Below, piece after piece: positions 20,643 to 29,153 of a stretch of 64,000 bases of DNA. This stretch comes from an uncultured Planctomycetales bacterium (GTDB taxonomy: Bacteria; Omnitrophota; Gorgyraeia; Zapsychrales; Fredricksoniimonadaceae). The notes beneath the pieces are model-generated. The model did not search any database, had not been told where the DNA came from, and worked only from the letters and a program-made list of their open reading frames with translations. Numbering within the stretch: the first letter of the stretch is position 1; the number at the start of each line of letters is the position of its first letter. The stretch spans positions 138,224 through 202,223 of the forward strand of contig CAZNDZ010000003.1 of assembly GCA_964572155.1 (NCBI GenBank). The letters run 5' to 3'. Both the position numbers and the translations under genes were made by a program.

Positions 20643-22288
20643 GCCAGCCAAGCAAATGCAGAAATAAAGATCATCACCTTCAGTCTCATGGAAACTGGCA
20701 CAACTTGTTTGAAATGGATATACCGATCAAATTCCTGTGCATCAGTCTTTGGCCATAAGGGCCAAGAGTTAGACAAATAATATCCACCTTTACCTTCTGC
20801 CCCAAACATTTTACGCACATCATGCATATTATAATATCCCAATGCTGCTTCTTGTGAGACATCGCCACCGCCTGTCCAAGAACTCTTAATTGATATCTCC
20901 TTTGGATATTCATTGCCATAACCAAAAATACATCCAAGGGCGCACGACGTATAATGCTCTTTAAGCGGTGTTGCCGGCTGTGGCAACTCTTGGGTGAATT
21001 CTTTAACTGCAGGAAATAACGGCCACGTAAAATAATTGCGGCCAGCATATGCAATTTCAAACATATTGGTCAACATTAGTAACACCGCTAGGACCTTAAT
21101 GAAGTGATGTTTACTCTTAAATAAAAACTCGTAGCCTTTAGCAATGAAAACACATAAAACAAAAACCAAAACAATGTTGCCCCGCCAATGCCATGTGATG
21201 GATTTTAAGACAGGGAAAATCATCCTCACAAGATCAGCCACATGCGTAGTGCGAATAAATAGTAAATGGCCAATTGCTGCTAACACTAGAGCTAAAAATA
21301 TTTTATTCTTCCATAAATCTTTTGATCTAAATATACCTATCAATAGTGCTGGAATCGCTGCTAATCCAATAAAGTTCGTATAATCTTGCATAAAACCCAA
21401 CATGCCATGCCCAGCTTTGGTCACAACAATATTGGCATTAAAAAATGACTGCACTAACATCTCTATCAAATACCGCGTATTTCCTATGATCTGATAATGG
21501 GGGGCAACACCTCCCCCTGCTCTTGGAAAATTCAACATCTGGTATTCATAGACAGCCCCTAATCGAAATAAACTTAAAAGAATGGCAATCGCCCCCAAAC
21601 CTATGATAATACTCATTTTTACAAACAACGCATTGGGGGTTTTCCACGAAGAAATACATTCGACAATCAACCGAAAAACAAAGACAGGCAAAAATACTTG
21701 AATCCAGATATAACCACTATTGATGATTAAAAAGAAAAGACCAATCAACCCTAACAACGTTAATCCATAAGACTTATTGTACTTAACAGGCAATTCTAAG
21801 ATCTTCTCCGTCAAGATCATGATCCACGGAATATAGGCAACGCCCTGCATCCATAATCCTCCCATGCTCATGTGATACGCCCATGAGCCGGAAAAGACTG
21901 TTAAAGCGCCTGCAATGATCCGTGCATTGATGTCTGTTATTCCCAACCGTTTAAACCAAACAAAAACACCAAAACCAAAAAGAATGGTCATAAAAAGATT
22001 CCCAACCTTACATGCCCAGACAGCATTAGGAATAACAAATGCAAAAAGAGAATAAATGCTTAAGACAATGCTTTGCGCATCTGCTAAAAATAACCAGCCT
22101 CCACAACGTGCTGGCGTTATATATGGCAAAGACAATTCACTAGCCAAATGCTTCTTTAATAAGGCAAACTGCCAAACAATTGACGTGGTATAATCGCCGC
22201 TTTGAATATTCCCACCAATAAAGAAAAATAGAAGCAAAACAATTGCAGATAACACTAACAAGAAAGTTATAACACGTTGTGATTTCAT
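20546..22288 (-). CDS. Polytopic membrane protein, putative GT-C-like glycosyltransferase
   Basis: 580 aa; TM-rich; 3-prime end overlaps convergent gene by 97 nt. Confidence 0.45.
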   Translation of the reverse strand: MKSQRVITFLLVLSAIVLLLFFFIGGNIQSGDYTTSIVWQFALLKKHLASELSLPYITPARCGGWLFLADAQSIVLSIYSLFAFVIPNAVWACKVGNLFMTILFGFGVFVWFKRLGITDINARIIAGALTVFSGSWAYHMSMGGLWMQGVAYIPWIMILTEKILELPVKYNKSYGLTLLGLIGLFFLIINSGYIWIQVFLPVFVFRLIVECISSWKTPNALFVKMSIIIGLGAIAILLSLFRLGAVYEYQMLNFPRAGGGVAPHYQIIGNTRYLIEMLVQSFFNANIVVTKAGHGMLGFMQDYTNFIGLAAIPALLIGIFRSKDLWKNKIFLALVLAAIGHLLFIRTTHVADLVRMIFPVLKSITWHWRGNIVLVFVLCVFIAKGYEFLFKSKHHFIKVLAVLLMLTNMFEIAYAGRNYFTWPLFPAVKEFTQELPQPATPLKEHYTSCALGCIFGYGNEYPKEISIKSSWTGGGDVSQEAALGYYNMHDVRKMFGAEGKGGYYLSNSWPLWPKTDAQEFDRYIHFKQVVPVSMRLKVMIFISAFAWLAYLLCWLCLWNDAWIMKKIRTTHAIKPKKAIK

Positions 22289-22295
22289 ATTCTCC

Positions 22296-23453
22296 TTACC
22301 GTGGAAGCAATACCCATAATTTAAGCACTCTAAAAATTAAAAGTGCCGTTATGAAAATCAAAATCCCTTGTTTTAGAACCTTGTGTTTAGCTAGAACAAC
22401 CATCAGATATGACGCAAAACACGTCATCATGATGCCAATGGGTGTGATGAGCATGAAATAGCGATTAGACACCTCAAAACCCTCACCATTTGACGATTGC
22501 CCAGTCTTTAATTTCATGTAAATCGCAGCACTACCCGCTAAAATAAGCGCACCAAAAGTGATCACGTTGACAAACAGCTTCTGATGTTGCGTAGATACTG
22601 GATGAAACCAACGTTTTAATGTTTTACTTCTCGCTGCCATGATCAATATTCCCGCGATGACTATCAATGCCATGCGATCGATCGCCAAATTAGCTCCAAA
22701 CAACTTCATCATCCCATTCTTAATAAAGAACGCATACTTTGGCGCATGCCAGAAATAAAAAATACTTATAAGCATCGGGATAACTAATAAGAGTAGATGA
22801 TCTTTGATTTTACGCGCGCCATGTTTCCAGAGAATGATGCTCGTCGCTACATTGGTGATGATGCTTAAGAAAACACTTAAAGATAACAAGGTTTGTGTGA
22901 TGATTAAGCCCAACATCAAACGCGCTTGGCGTTTTTGTTTTGCTTCTAGCCAAAAAAATAACAAGACCATTTGCATGGCGCTTAAAAAGAACCATAACGC
23001 GTATGGCCTTGCCGTGCAGGCATAGGACCAAACCATAAACGATGATAAACTAACAAGCAACGCATAAAACCCTGCGATGAACCCAAGGCGTAGCGTGACA
23101 TAAAAAAAGATGAGCGCAACACCGGCGGCCATACACAGCAATGGCAACATACGCAGAACCATCATTGAGGGTGGATGTTGATACGACCACTGACCTTTTT
23201 TCCAAGCTTCAGGTGTTTGATAGCCTATTACATCTTGATAAACTTTTTGTAAACTATAAAACAACGGCGCATTGTTACCTTCATCCACATGCCCTGCCCA
23301 AATCTTTTGCCATGTCATCCCTTGTACACTTGAAACTTGGCTATAAAATTCATCATTATCCAAAGGTAAGCTTTGAGCGCGCTTCATAAACGCAGAACTA
23401 ATCCCTAAAAAAATAAAGATGGCGCAAATAATGGCAATGACGTTTTTTGACAT
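22296..23453 (-). CDS. PMT_2/ArnT-like GT-C family membrane glycosyltransferase (DE-motif in first loop)
   Basis: 385 aa; LPLDNDEFYS first-loop motif resembling GT39/GT83 DE motif; tandem paralog of next gene. Confidence 0.6.
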   Translation of the reverse strand: MSKNVIAIICAIFIFLGISSAFMKRAQSLPLDNDEFYSQVSSVQGMTWQKIWAGHVDEGNNAPLFYSLQKVYQDVIGYQTPEAWKKGQWSYQHPPSMMVLRMLPLLCMAAGVALIFFYVTLRLGFIAGFYALLVSLSSFMVWSYACTARPYALWFFLSAMQMVLLFFWLEAKQKRQARLMLGLIITQTLLSLSVFLSIITNVATSIILWKHGARKIKDHLLLLVIPMLISIFYFWHAPKYAFFIKNGMMKLFGANLAIDRMALIVIAGILIMAARSKTLKRWFHPVSTQHQKLFVNVITFGALILAGSAAIYMKLKTGQSSNGEGFEVSNRYFMLITPIGIMMTCFASYLMVVLAKHKVLKQGILIFITALLIFRVLKLWVLLPR

Positions 23454-23457
23454 ACCG

Positions 23458-24582
23458 TTAACCTAAATGAGACCTGATTGCCGAGGGAACAATCTTAAAG
23501 AACCTCGGGATAAATAATGCAGCGACAAAGACCCATAAGGCATACTGAGCAAACCGCCAACGGGACAAAGAGTGATGCAATGTAACACACGCCCAGACAC
23601 TGGCTATCACACCAATGGGCATCAAATAAATAAAATACCGACTGCTTACAGGAAAACCTTCCTTGGTCTTAGCGCCCATCTTAAACATTGTGATTAATGC
23701 TGCTGTCATTAATAAAGCACCTAACAAATATTTAAAATATGGCAGCACATCTTTGATGGCACTTTGCTTTTTTTGCCACACAGATATAGTCCAGCAAACC
23801 AAAAACGCGATGAAAATATAGAATCGCTCCCTGCCTATATTATCTCGGATGAGTTGTTCCGGGGTTAAATCAAAATAAAAAGAATACCGAGGGGCTTGCG
23901 TATAATAATACAAAATGGCAATGACCGGCAAAACCATCGCCATGCAATATTGTTTAAAATGCTTCACCCGATACAACCCCATGATCACGGTGGTTGCAGC
24001 AATCAACCCCAAACTAAAAATTGCTGTCAGGCTTAAGAAAATGTTTGTAGCAATCAATCGCTTTAAACCCACTTGACCATTTGATTCAATGACCTTAACC
24101 AAACACAGCGACTGAGCTGTGGTTAAGAAAACCAACATCGCATACGGCCTTGCCTCAGCCCAAAATGGCCAAAGGATATAGGTCGACACATAAACAAACA
24201 CGCTTAAAAGTCCGACTGCCCAATGAAATCTTGCTGAAAAGAAATGAAAGATCAGTGCGATCGACAATGACATAAACAAAACAGGATTGATGCGCAATAC
24301 CAAGCGATTAGCCAAGTCTACATCATCCCATTTTCCGTTAATCCATGAGGAAGGGACATCATAAGGCGTGATATCAATCAATATCTTCTGAAAGGTATAA
24401 AATAATGGGGAATTATTCCCCTCGGGGATCTTGCCTGAAAACATTTTAGTATATGAAATATTTTCAATGCTAGAAACTGTAGAAAAATACTCATCATTAG
24501 CCATGGGTTTATGTGCTGCCAGCATGAATCCCACAGCAAGCATGACGAAAAACACAACAGATGCTAAGAAATATCTCTTCAT
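23458..24582 (-). CDS. PMT_2/ArnT-like GT-C family membrane glycosyltransferase (DE-motif in first loop)
   Basis: 374 aa; PMANDEYFS motif; colinear with 22296-23453 (shared PLFY, ARPYA blocks). Confidence 0.6.
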   Translation of the reverse strand: MKRYFLASVVFFVMLAVGFMLAAHKPMANDEYFSTVSSIENISYTKMFSGKIPEGNNSPLFYTFQKILIDITPYDVPSSWINGKWDDVDLANRLVLRINPVLFMSLSIALIFHFFSARFHWAVGLLSVFVYVSTYILWPFWAEARPYAMLVFLTTAQSLCLVKVIESNGQVGLKRLIATNIFLSLTAIFSLGLIAATTVIMGLYRVKHFKQYCMAMVLPVIAILYYYTQAPRYSFYFDLTPEQLIRDNIGRERFYIFIAFLVCWTISVWQKKQSAIKDVLPYFKYLLGALLMTAALITMFKMGAKTKEGFPVSSRYFIYLMPIGVIASVWACVTLHHSLSRWRFAQYALWVFVAALFIPRFFKIVPSAIRSHLG

Positions 24583-24585
24583 AAA

Positions 24586-25821
24586 TTAGATGAACTTGAT
24601 CTTCTTCATAGCAAAACCACACATCTTAAACAACAATAAACCATGACGAAAACGTTGGATCTGCGTGGTGCCATACATCCGACTTTTATAACGGATGGGC
24701 ACCTCAACAACTTTTAAATTCAATTTAACCGCACCAAAGATGAGGTCAAAATCACCGAATGGATCAAAATCACCAAAATAATGACGATTAGCAACAAGCT
24801 CTTGATAATGATGTTTCAAGATGACCTTGGTACCGCACAAGGTGTCTTTAAAACGTTGACCTAATAACCACGTAAAGAAAATCCCAAAGAATTTGTTGGC
24901 CAATAAATTGAGGAAACGCATGGCTTCATCTTCCATCGGGTAAATCAACCGGCAACCATTAATAAATTCACCCTTACCACTGACAATGGCCTCATAAAAC
25001 TTTGGCATATCTTCCGGCGGGGTTGTTAAATCTGCATCTAAGATCATCAAAACATCACAGGTGGCTCTACTAAAACCAGCTCTCACCGCATCGCCTTTCC
25101 CCACACCCTCTTGTTTAAATAACTTGATATCCCGATCAGGATAAGCCTTCATGACGCGCTCTACTTCTTCATAGGTGCCGTCTTTTGAATGTCCCTCGAC
25201 AAAAATAAATTCTTGATGTGTCCCAAATTTTGGTGTGCGGGTGATGGCTTGTTCAATATTACCGCGTTCATTACGGCAAGGTACTAATATCGTCACAGAC
25301 AACGCTTGTGGTTCTTTAAAGATGGGTCTTGCGATAATAAAATGATTAAGGGTTAACGCATTAAAGATGGGTAACTTTGCTATATATCGATTGATGAGAT
25401 AACTCAAACCCCAGATCTGAACAGGAAATAGAATAGCCCGCTCTTGATGGATAGGATCAAAATCTGCTAAATTTAAGAAATTATTAATATCCGCCCACGT
25501 TAGCCAATTTTGGGTTTTCTGCTTTGCTTTTAATCCTAAGTTCTCTCCCAATTTTAAAATATATTGCCATAAATAACTGTAATACTCAACGATTAGGCGA
25601 GTATCACGATGACAAAACGGACGCAATTGTTGTAAGTATTGTTGCACATCAGATTGGCCACCCAATGTTCCAGCGAGCACAATATAATCATATTTAACAC
25701 TTTGTGCTGTGCTCGGTAAAACCCCATCAGGCCCTATGTTCAAAACTTTTTTATTCTCAGGAATAAAATAACGATATTGTTTATCCCTTAAACCAAAATA
25801 ATATTTTTTCCAAGAACTCAT
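24586..25821 (-). CDS. Two-domain protein: N-terminal degenerate class-I methyltransferase-like domain fused to GT2 Dpm1/GtrB-like polyprenyl-phosphate glycosyltransferase domain
   Basis: 411 aa; N-part VLNIGPDG, YDYIVLAG; C-part ILVPCRNE, LDADLTTPPEDM, hydrophobic FFGIFFTWLLG. Confidence 0.7.
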   Translation of the reverse strand: MSSWKKYYFGLRDKQYRYFIPENKKVLNIGPDGVLPSTAQSVKYDYIVLAGTLGGQSDVQQYLQQLRPFCHRDTRLIVEYYSYLWQYILKLGENLGLKAKQKTQNWLTWADINNFLNLADFDPIHQERAILFPVQIWGLSYLINRYIAKLPIFNALTLNHFIIARPIFKEPQALSVTILVPCRNERGNIEQAITRTPKFGTHQEFIFVEGHSKDGTYEEVERVMKAYPDRDIKLFKQEGVGKGDAVRAGFSRATCDVLMILDADLTTPPEDMPKFYEAIVSGKGEFINGCRLIYPMEDEAMRFLNLLANKFFGIFFTWLLGQRFKDTLCGTKVILKHHYQELVANRHYFGDFDPFGDFDLIFGAVKLNLKVVEVPIRYKSRMYGTTQIQRFRHGLLLFKMCGFAMKKIKFI

Positions 25822-25825
25822 CGTG

Positions 25826-26845
25826 TCATTTCCTTGATCCTAAAAGCAGCATTGTTAATATTTTATTCTTTCGAATCAACACGTTCGAAAGCGCCATCAA
25901 ACCAACGATAAAAAGCACTGCCATAATCGTTACATAAAAATAGTTAAATGGGATCTGCCATTTGATGATCAAACGCCCATAAAGACCTTCGAGCAAGAAA
26001 CGTTGGATTAAATAAATATCCAATGAATACATGCCAACTTTTTCTAAAAAATTCAACGAACTCGCCTTGGAAAGCTGCCAAGATATGCCCATCACAACGA
26101 CGATGCCTAGAAATCCCATCAAATAACGGTACAACAAACGCACAACATCGCCAAAATTTGCAAACATCATCTTATTGACGTAAATATAGTCAGTCGTATT
26201 CCAAAACTGTTGCAAGACCACAAACAAGATAACGCATCCTACAAAACCAAACTTCACATATGGTGCTTCCCAATTCATCTTTAGACGATACACAAAGAAA
26301 CCACACGCAAAGAACACATAAAACCATTGAATATAATATAGCCCAACATATTGATTTATGGGAAAAAATAGGATGAAGAAACCTGCAAACACATTGCCCA
26401 ATGCAAGGGCTGCCACCCCAAAAAGCGTCCATAAAAACCATATGGCTGGATTAAGTATCAATTGATCCCAAAAAACCCAAGGCATTGTCCGCCAATCCCA
26501 TGCCTGATGGTCTAAACCATCTAACGCAATCGTGATCAAAACACCTAAAATCCCCCAACATAAAAATGGGATCATCAAACCTCTAGCGCGAGATTGAAAG
26601 ACCTTCCATTTAGAACTTCTAGAGAGGCTGCTTGCCAACAAATAACCACTGATAAACACAAACAGTGGCATATGAAACATGTAAATGATTCTAAATACTG
26701 GATTTAAGAAAAAATCTTGCCCCAAGGCTACCATGTGCCGTTGGATCAAATGGCCATAAATAACTAAAAATATGCCAATGCCTTTGGCAACGTTAAGCGT
26801 TCTATTTCTATTTTCCAAAGTTCTTTCTAATTCCGTTCTTGTCAT
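25826..26845 (-). CDS. Acyltransferase family 3 (OafA/YrhL-like) membrane O-acyltransferase
   Basis: 339 aa; about 10 TM helices; conserved His in IYGHLIQ and FFxxSG-type motif PLFVFISGYLL. Confidence 0.8.
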   Translation of the reverse strand: MTRTELERTLENRNRTLNVAKGIGIFLVIYGHLIQRHMVALGQDFFLNPVFRIIYMFHMPLFVFISGYLLASSLSRSSKWKVFQSRARGLMIPFLCWGILGVLITIALDGLDHQAWDWRTMPWVFWDQLILNPAIWFLWTLFGVAALALGNVFAGFFILFFPINQYVGLYYIQWFYVFFACGFFVYRLKMNWEAPYVKFGFVGCVILFVVLQQFWNTTDYIYVNKMMFANFGDVVRLLYRYLMGFLGIVVVMGISWQLSKASSLNFLEKVGMYSLDIYLIQRFLLEGLYGRLIIKWQIPFNYFYVTIMAVLFIVGLMALSNVLIRKNKILTMLLLGSRK

Positions 26846-26857
26846 GGCACATCAATA

Positions 26858-28294
26858 TTGATAAGCTGTACAATATTAATTTATATTCACCATAACTTCA
26901 AATTAAAAATTACCGCAATGAAGGATTCTTCTCGCATGATTTGGTTAAGCATTGCCCTCTCTTGGATCTGGTGGATATACTTAGGCACACATGTCCACAT
27001 GGTCTTGGCACAAGATGCCCTTGTATATGAAACGTTGGGTCGCAATATCGCTGATCAAGGATTTTTCCCAAATTTCTTTGTCCAAGGACCCAATCGAGAA
27101 CCCATTTACCCCTTGATGGTTGCTTTTGCCATGAAAATGGCATTTTGGTACCGCATCCCCTTTGAAAACATCATGATCACGTTTGGCATTGTGATTTTGG
27201 GACTTAATCAGCTCTGTCTTTTACGATTACTGCAAATTTTAAAAATTCGCACTTCGATTATAGCATTATCATTACTATATCTAGGCTTCTCACCGTCGAT
27301 CAATAATGCGGCATTAAGTTTATACTCAGAAATATCTGCCATCACCTTTATCTTACCCCTTTTACTCATCACGTATTACGTCTATGAAAACGTCCGAAAC
27401 GATGCAAAAATCCCTAGCATGATCTCTGCTTTAGGCATTGGGGTTGCGGTTAATTATTTAACATTGGTCAAAGCCCCATTTGAAATCATCACGCCTGTAT
27501 TCTTAAGCGCGCTTTATGTTTTGCTATGGCGTGCATACCCAACAAAAGTACGCTTGATTAGCATATGTGCTGCGATCAGTTTTTCTATTTTCATTGGCTT
27601 TATTCATCATTACAAAAGTTTGAATCAATATTACAACGGGCAATATGCCCTAACAAATCGTGCATCATGGGCTTTATACGGCAACACAGCCCGTCGGATG
27701 GAGCCGCTTAATGGCACCCGTTTATTAGGCGCCATGGCCTATGTGCCTGGGGATGGCGTTTGCAAACGTTTTATCGACGCTGATACCTGTGATTTCTGGT
27801 CTTTTCGCATGTCTGATGAAATAGGCATGACAAAGATCAGCGCCTTACAAAAATTCAACAAAGATGCCGATGCAACCAATCAAGCCTTAGTACGTGATGC
27901 CGCGCACATGGCACTATCTAATCCACTGCAATATGCGTTCCTTACATGCTTAGAAGGAACTAAGATGTTCTTCTGGGAGTCTACACAAATTGGTTTTGTG
28001 AACTATCCGACGTGGTTAAATCACATTTATAACAATGAGATGTTTAAAGATGCGTTGCGTCTAGTAGTAGCGCTTGTCACCATCTTTGCTGTTGGATTTG
28101 TTTGGGTACTTAGCTTTAGAAAAACTACTGAACCTGTTGTGCGCCTCATGGGCTTACTCATTTTTTTGTGGATAGGAACATATGCCTTCTTTTTTATCGT
28201 CACACGTTATGCTTTGCCAATTGCCTCTTTATTTATAATTGCCATCGCATATACGGCTAATATTTTGTATAATAACCGCCATGCCAAACATTAA
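26858..28294 (+). CDS. ArnT/PMT_2-like GT-C membrane glycosyltransferase; track start is TTG, likely true start at downstream Met (about 26918)
   Basis: Loop motif QDALVYETLGRNIADQG resembling ArnT DExRYAExxR motif; about 12 TM helices. Confidence 0.55.
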   Translation: MISCTILIYIHHNFKLKITAMKDSSRMIWLSIALSWIWWIYLGTHVHMVLAQDALVYETLGRNIADQGFFPNFFVQGPNREPIYPLMVAFAMKMAFWYRIPFENIMITFGIVILGLNQLCLLRLLQILKIRTSIIALSLLYLGFSPSINNAALSLYSEISAITFILPLLLITYYVYENVRNDAKIPSMISALGIGVAVNYLTLVKAPFEIITPVFLSALYVLLWRAYPTKVRLISICAAISFSIFIGFIHHYKSLNQYYNGQYALTNRASWALYGNTARRMEPLNGTRLLGAMAYVPGDGVCKRFIDADTCDFWSFRMSDEIGMTKISALQKFNKDADATNQALVRDAAHMALSNPLQYAFLTCLEGTKMFFWESTQIGFVNYPTWLNHIYNNEMFKDALRLVVALVTIFAVGFVWVLSFRKTTEPVVRLMGLLIFLWIGTYAFFFIVTRYALPIASLFIIAIAYTANILYNNRHAKH

Positions 28295-29153
28295 GAACAT
28301 TTTCAGAACAAAGCAACGCACAATTTCATTTGAATTGTTCCCCCCTAAAACACCTGAGGGTGAAACAAAACTCTTTACCACCATTGAAAAACTTGGTTGT
28401 CTCAAACCTGATTTCTTCTCGTGCACCTATGGTGCGGGTGGGTCAAGCCGTGGAAAAACTTTAGAAATTGTCAGCCACATCCAAGATAAATATAAGATCG
28501 CGGCCATGGCGCATTTGACATGTGTCATGCATACCAAGGATGACATTAAGAATATTCTCGAGGATATGAAACAGCGCCACATCAACAATATCTTGGCCTT
28601 GCGTGGTGATCCACCAAAAGATAATCCTAATTACCAATTAGAAAAAGAAAACTTTGCTTACTCTTCTGACTTGATTAAATTTATCCGCAATTATCTTGGT
28701 GAGACAGCGACGATTGCTGCCGCAGGATTTCCGGAAGGGCATATCTTAGCACCCAACAAAATTTTTGATGCGGGCATCCTAAAAAGCAAGATCGATCATG
28801 GCGCGGACTTCATCATCACCCAATTATTTTTCAACAATCAAGAATATTACGATTACATCGCACGCTTAAAACACTTGGGCGTAACTGCACGCGTGATCCC
28901 AGGAATATTACCAATCACCGACTATAACGCGCTGGTTCGTTTTTGTGCTCTTTGCGGCGCCACCATCCCCCAGAACGTGCACGCTATCTTTAAACCCCTA
29001 GCTGATAATCCAGTTGCCACGCTTGAGGCCGGTATCAAATTTGCAGTTGAACAATGCCAAGATCTTCTTGATCATGGTGCACCTGGATTACACTTCTACA
29101 CGCTAAACAAAGTTTCCCCGACGCAAGAAGTTCTAAGTAAGCTTAAAATTTAA
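28281..29153 (+). CDS. metF: 5,10-methylenetetrahydrofolate reductase
   Basis: ISFELFPPKT, FSCTYGAGGS, AHLTC, LALRGDPP, colinear with E. coli MetF; start chosen at ATG (MPNIKNIF) rather than upstream TTG. Confidence 0.85.
   Translation: MPNIKNIFRTKQRTISFELFPPKTPEGETKLFTTIEKLGCLKPDFFSCTYGAGGSSRGKTLEIVSHIQDKYKIAAMAHLTCVMHTKDDIKNILEDMKQRHINNILALRGDPPKDNPNYQLEKENFAYSSDLIKFIRNYLGETATIAAAGFPEGHILAPNKIFDAGILKSKIDHGADFIITQLFFNNQEYYDYIARLKHLGVTARVIPGILPITDYNALVRFCALCGATIPQNVHAIFKPLADNPVATLEAGIKFAVEQCQDLLDHGAPGLHFYTLNKVSPTQEVLSKLKI

Noticed and set aside
20686-21060. 124-aa minus-strand ORF in another frame
   Set aside because: Embedded within the 580-aa membrane protein gene on the same strand in a different frame. 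Basic low-complexity product.
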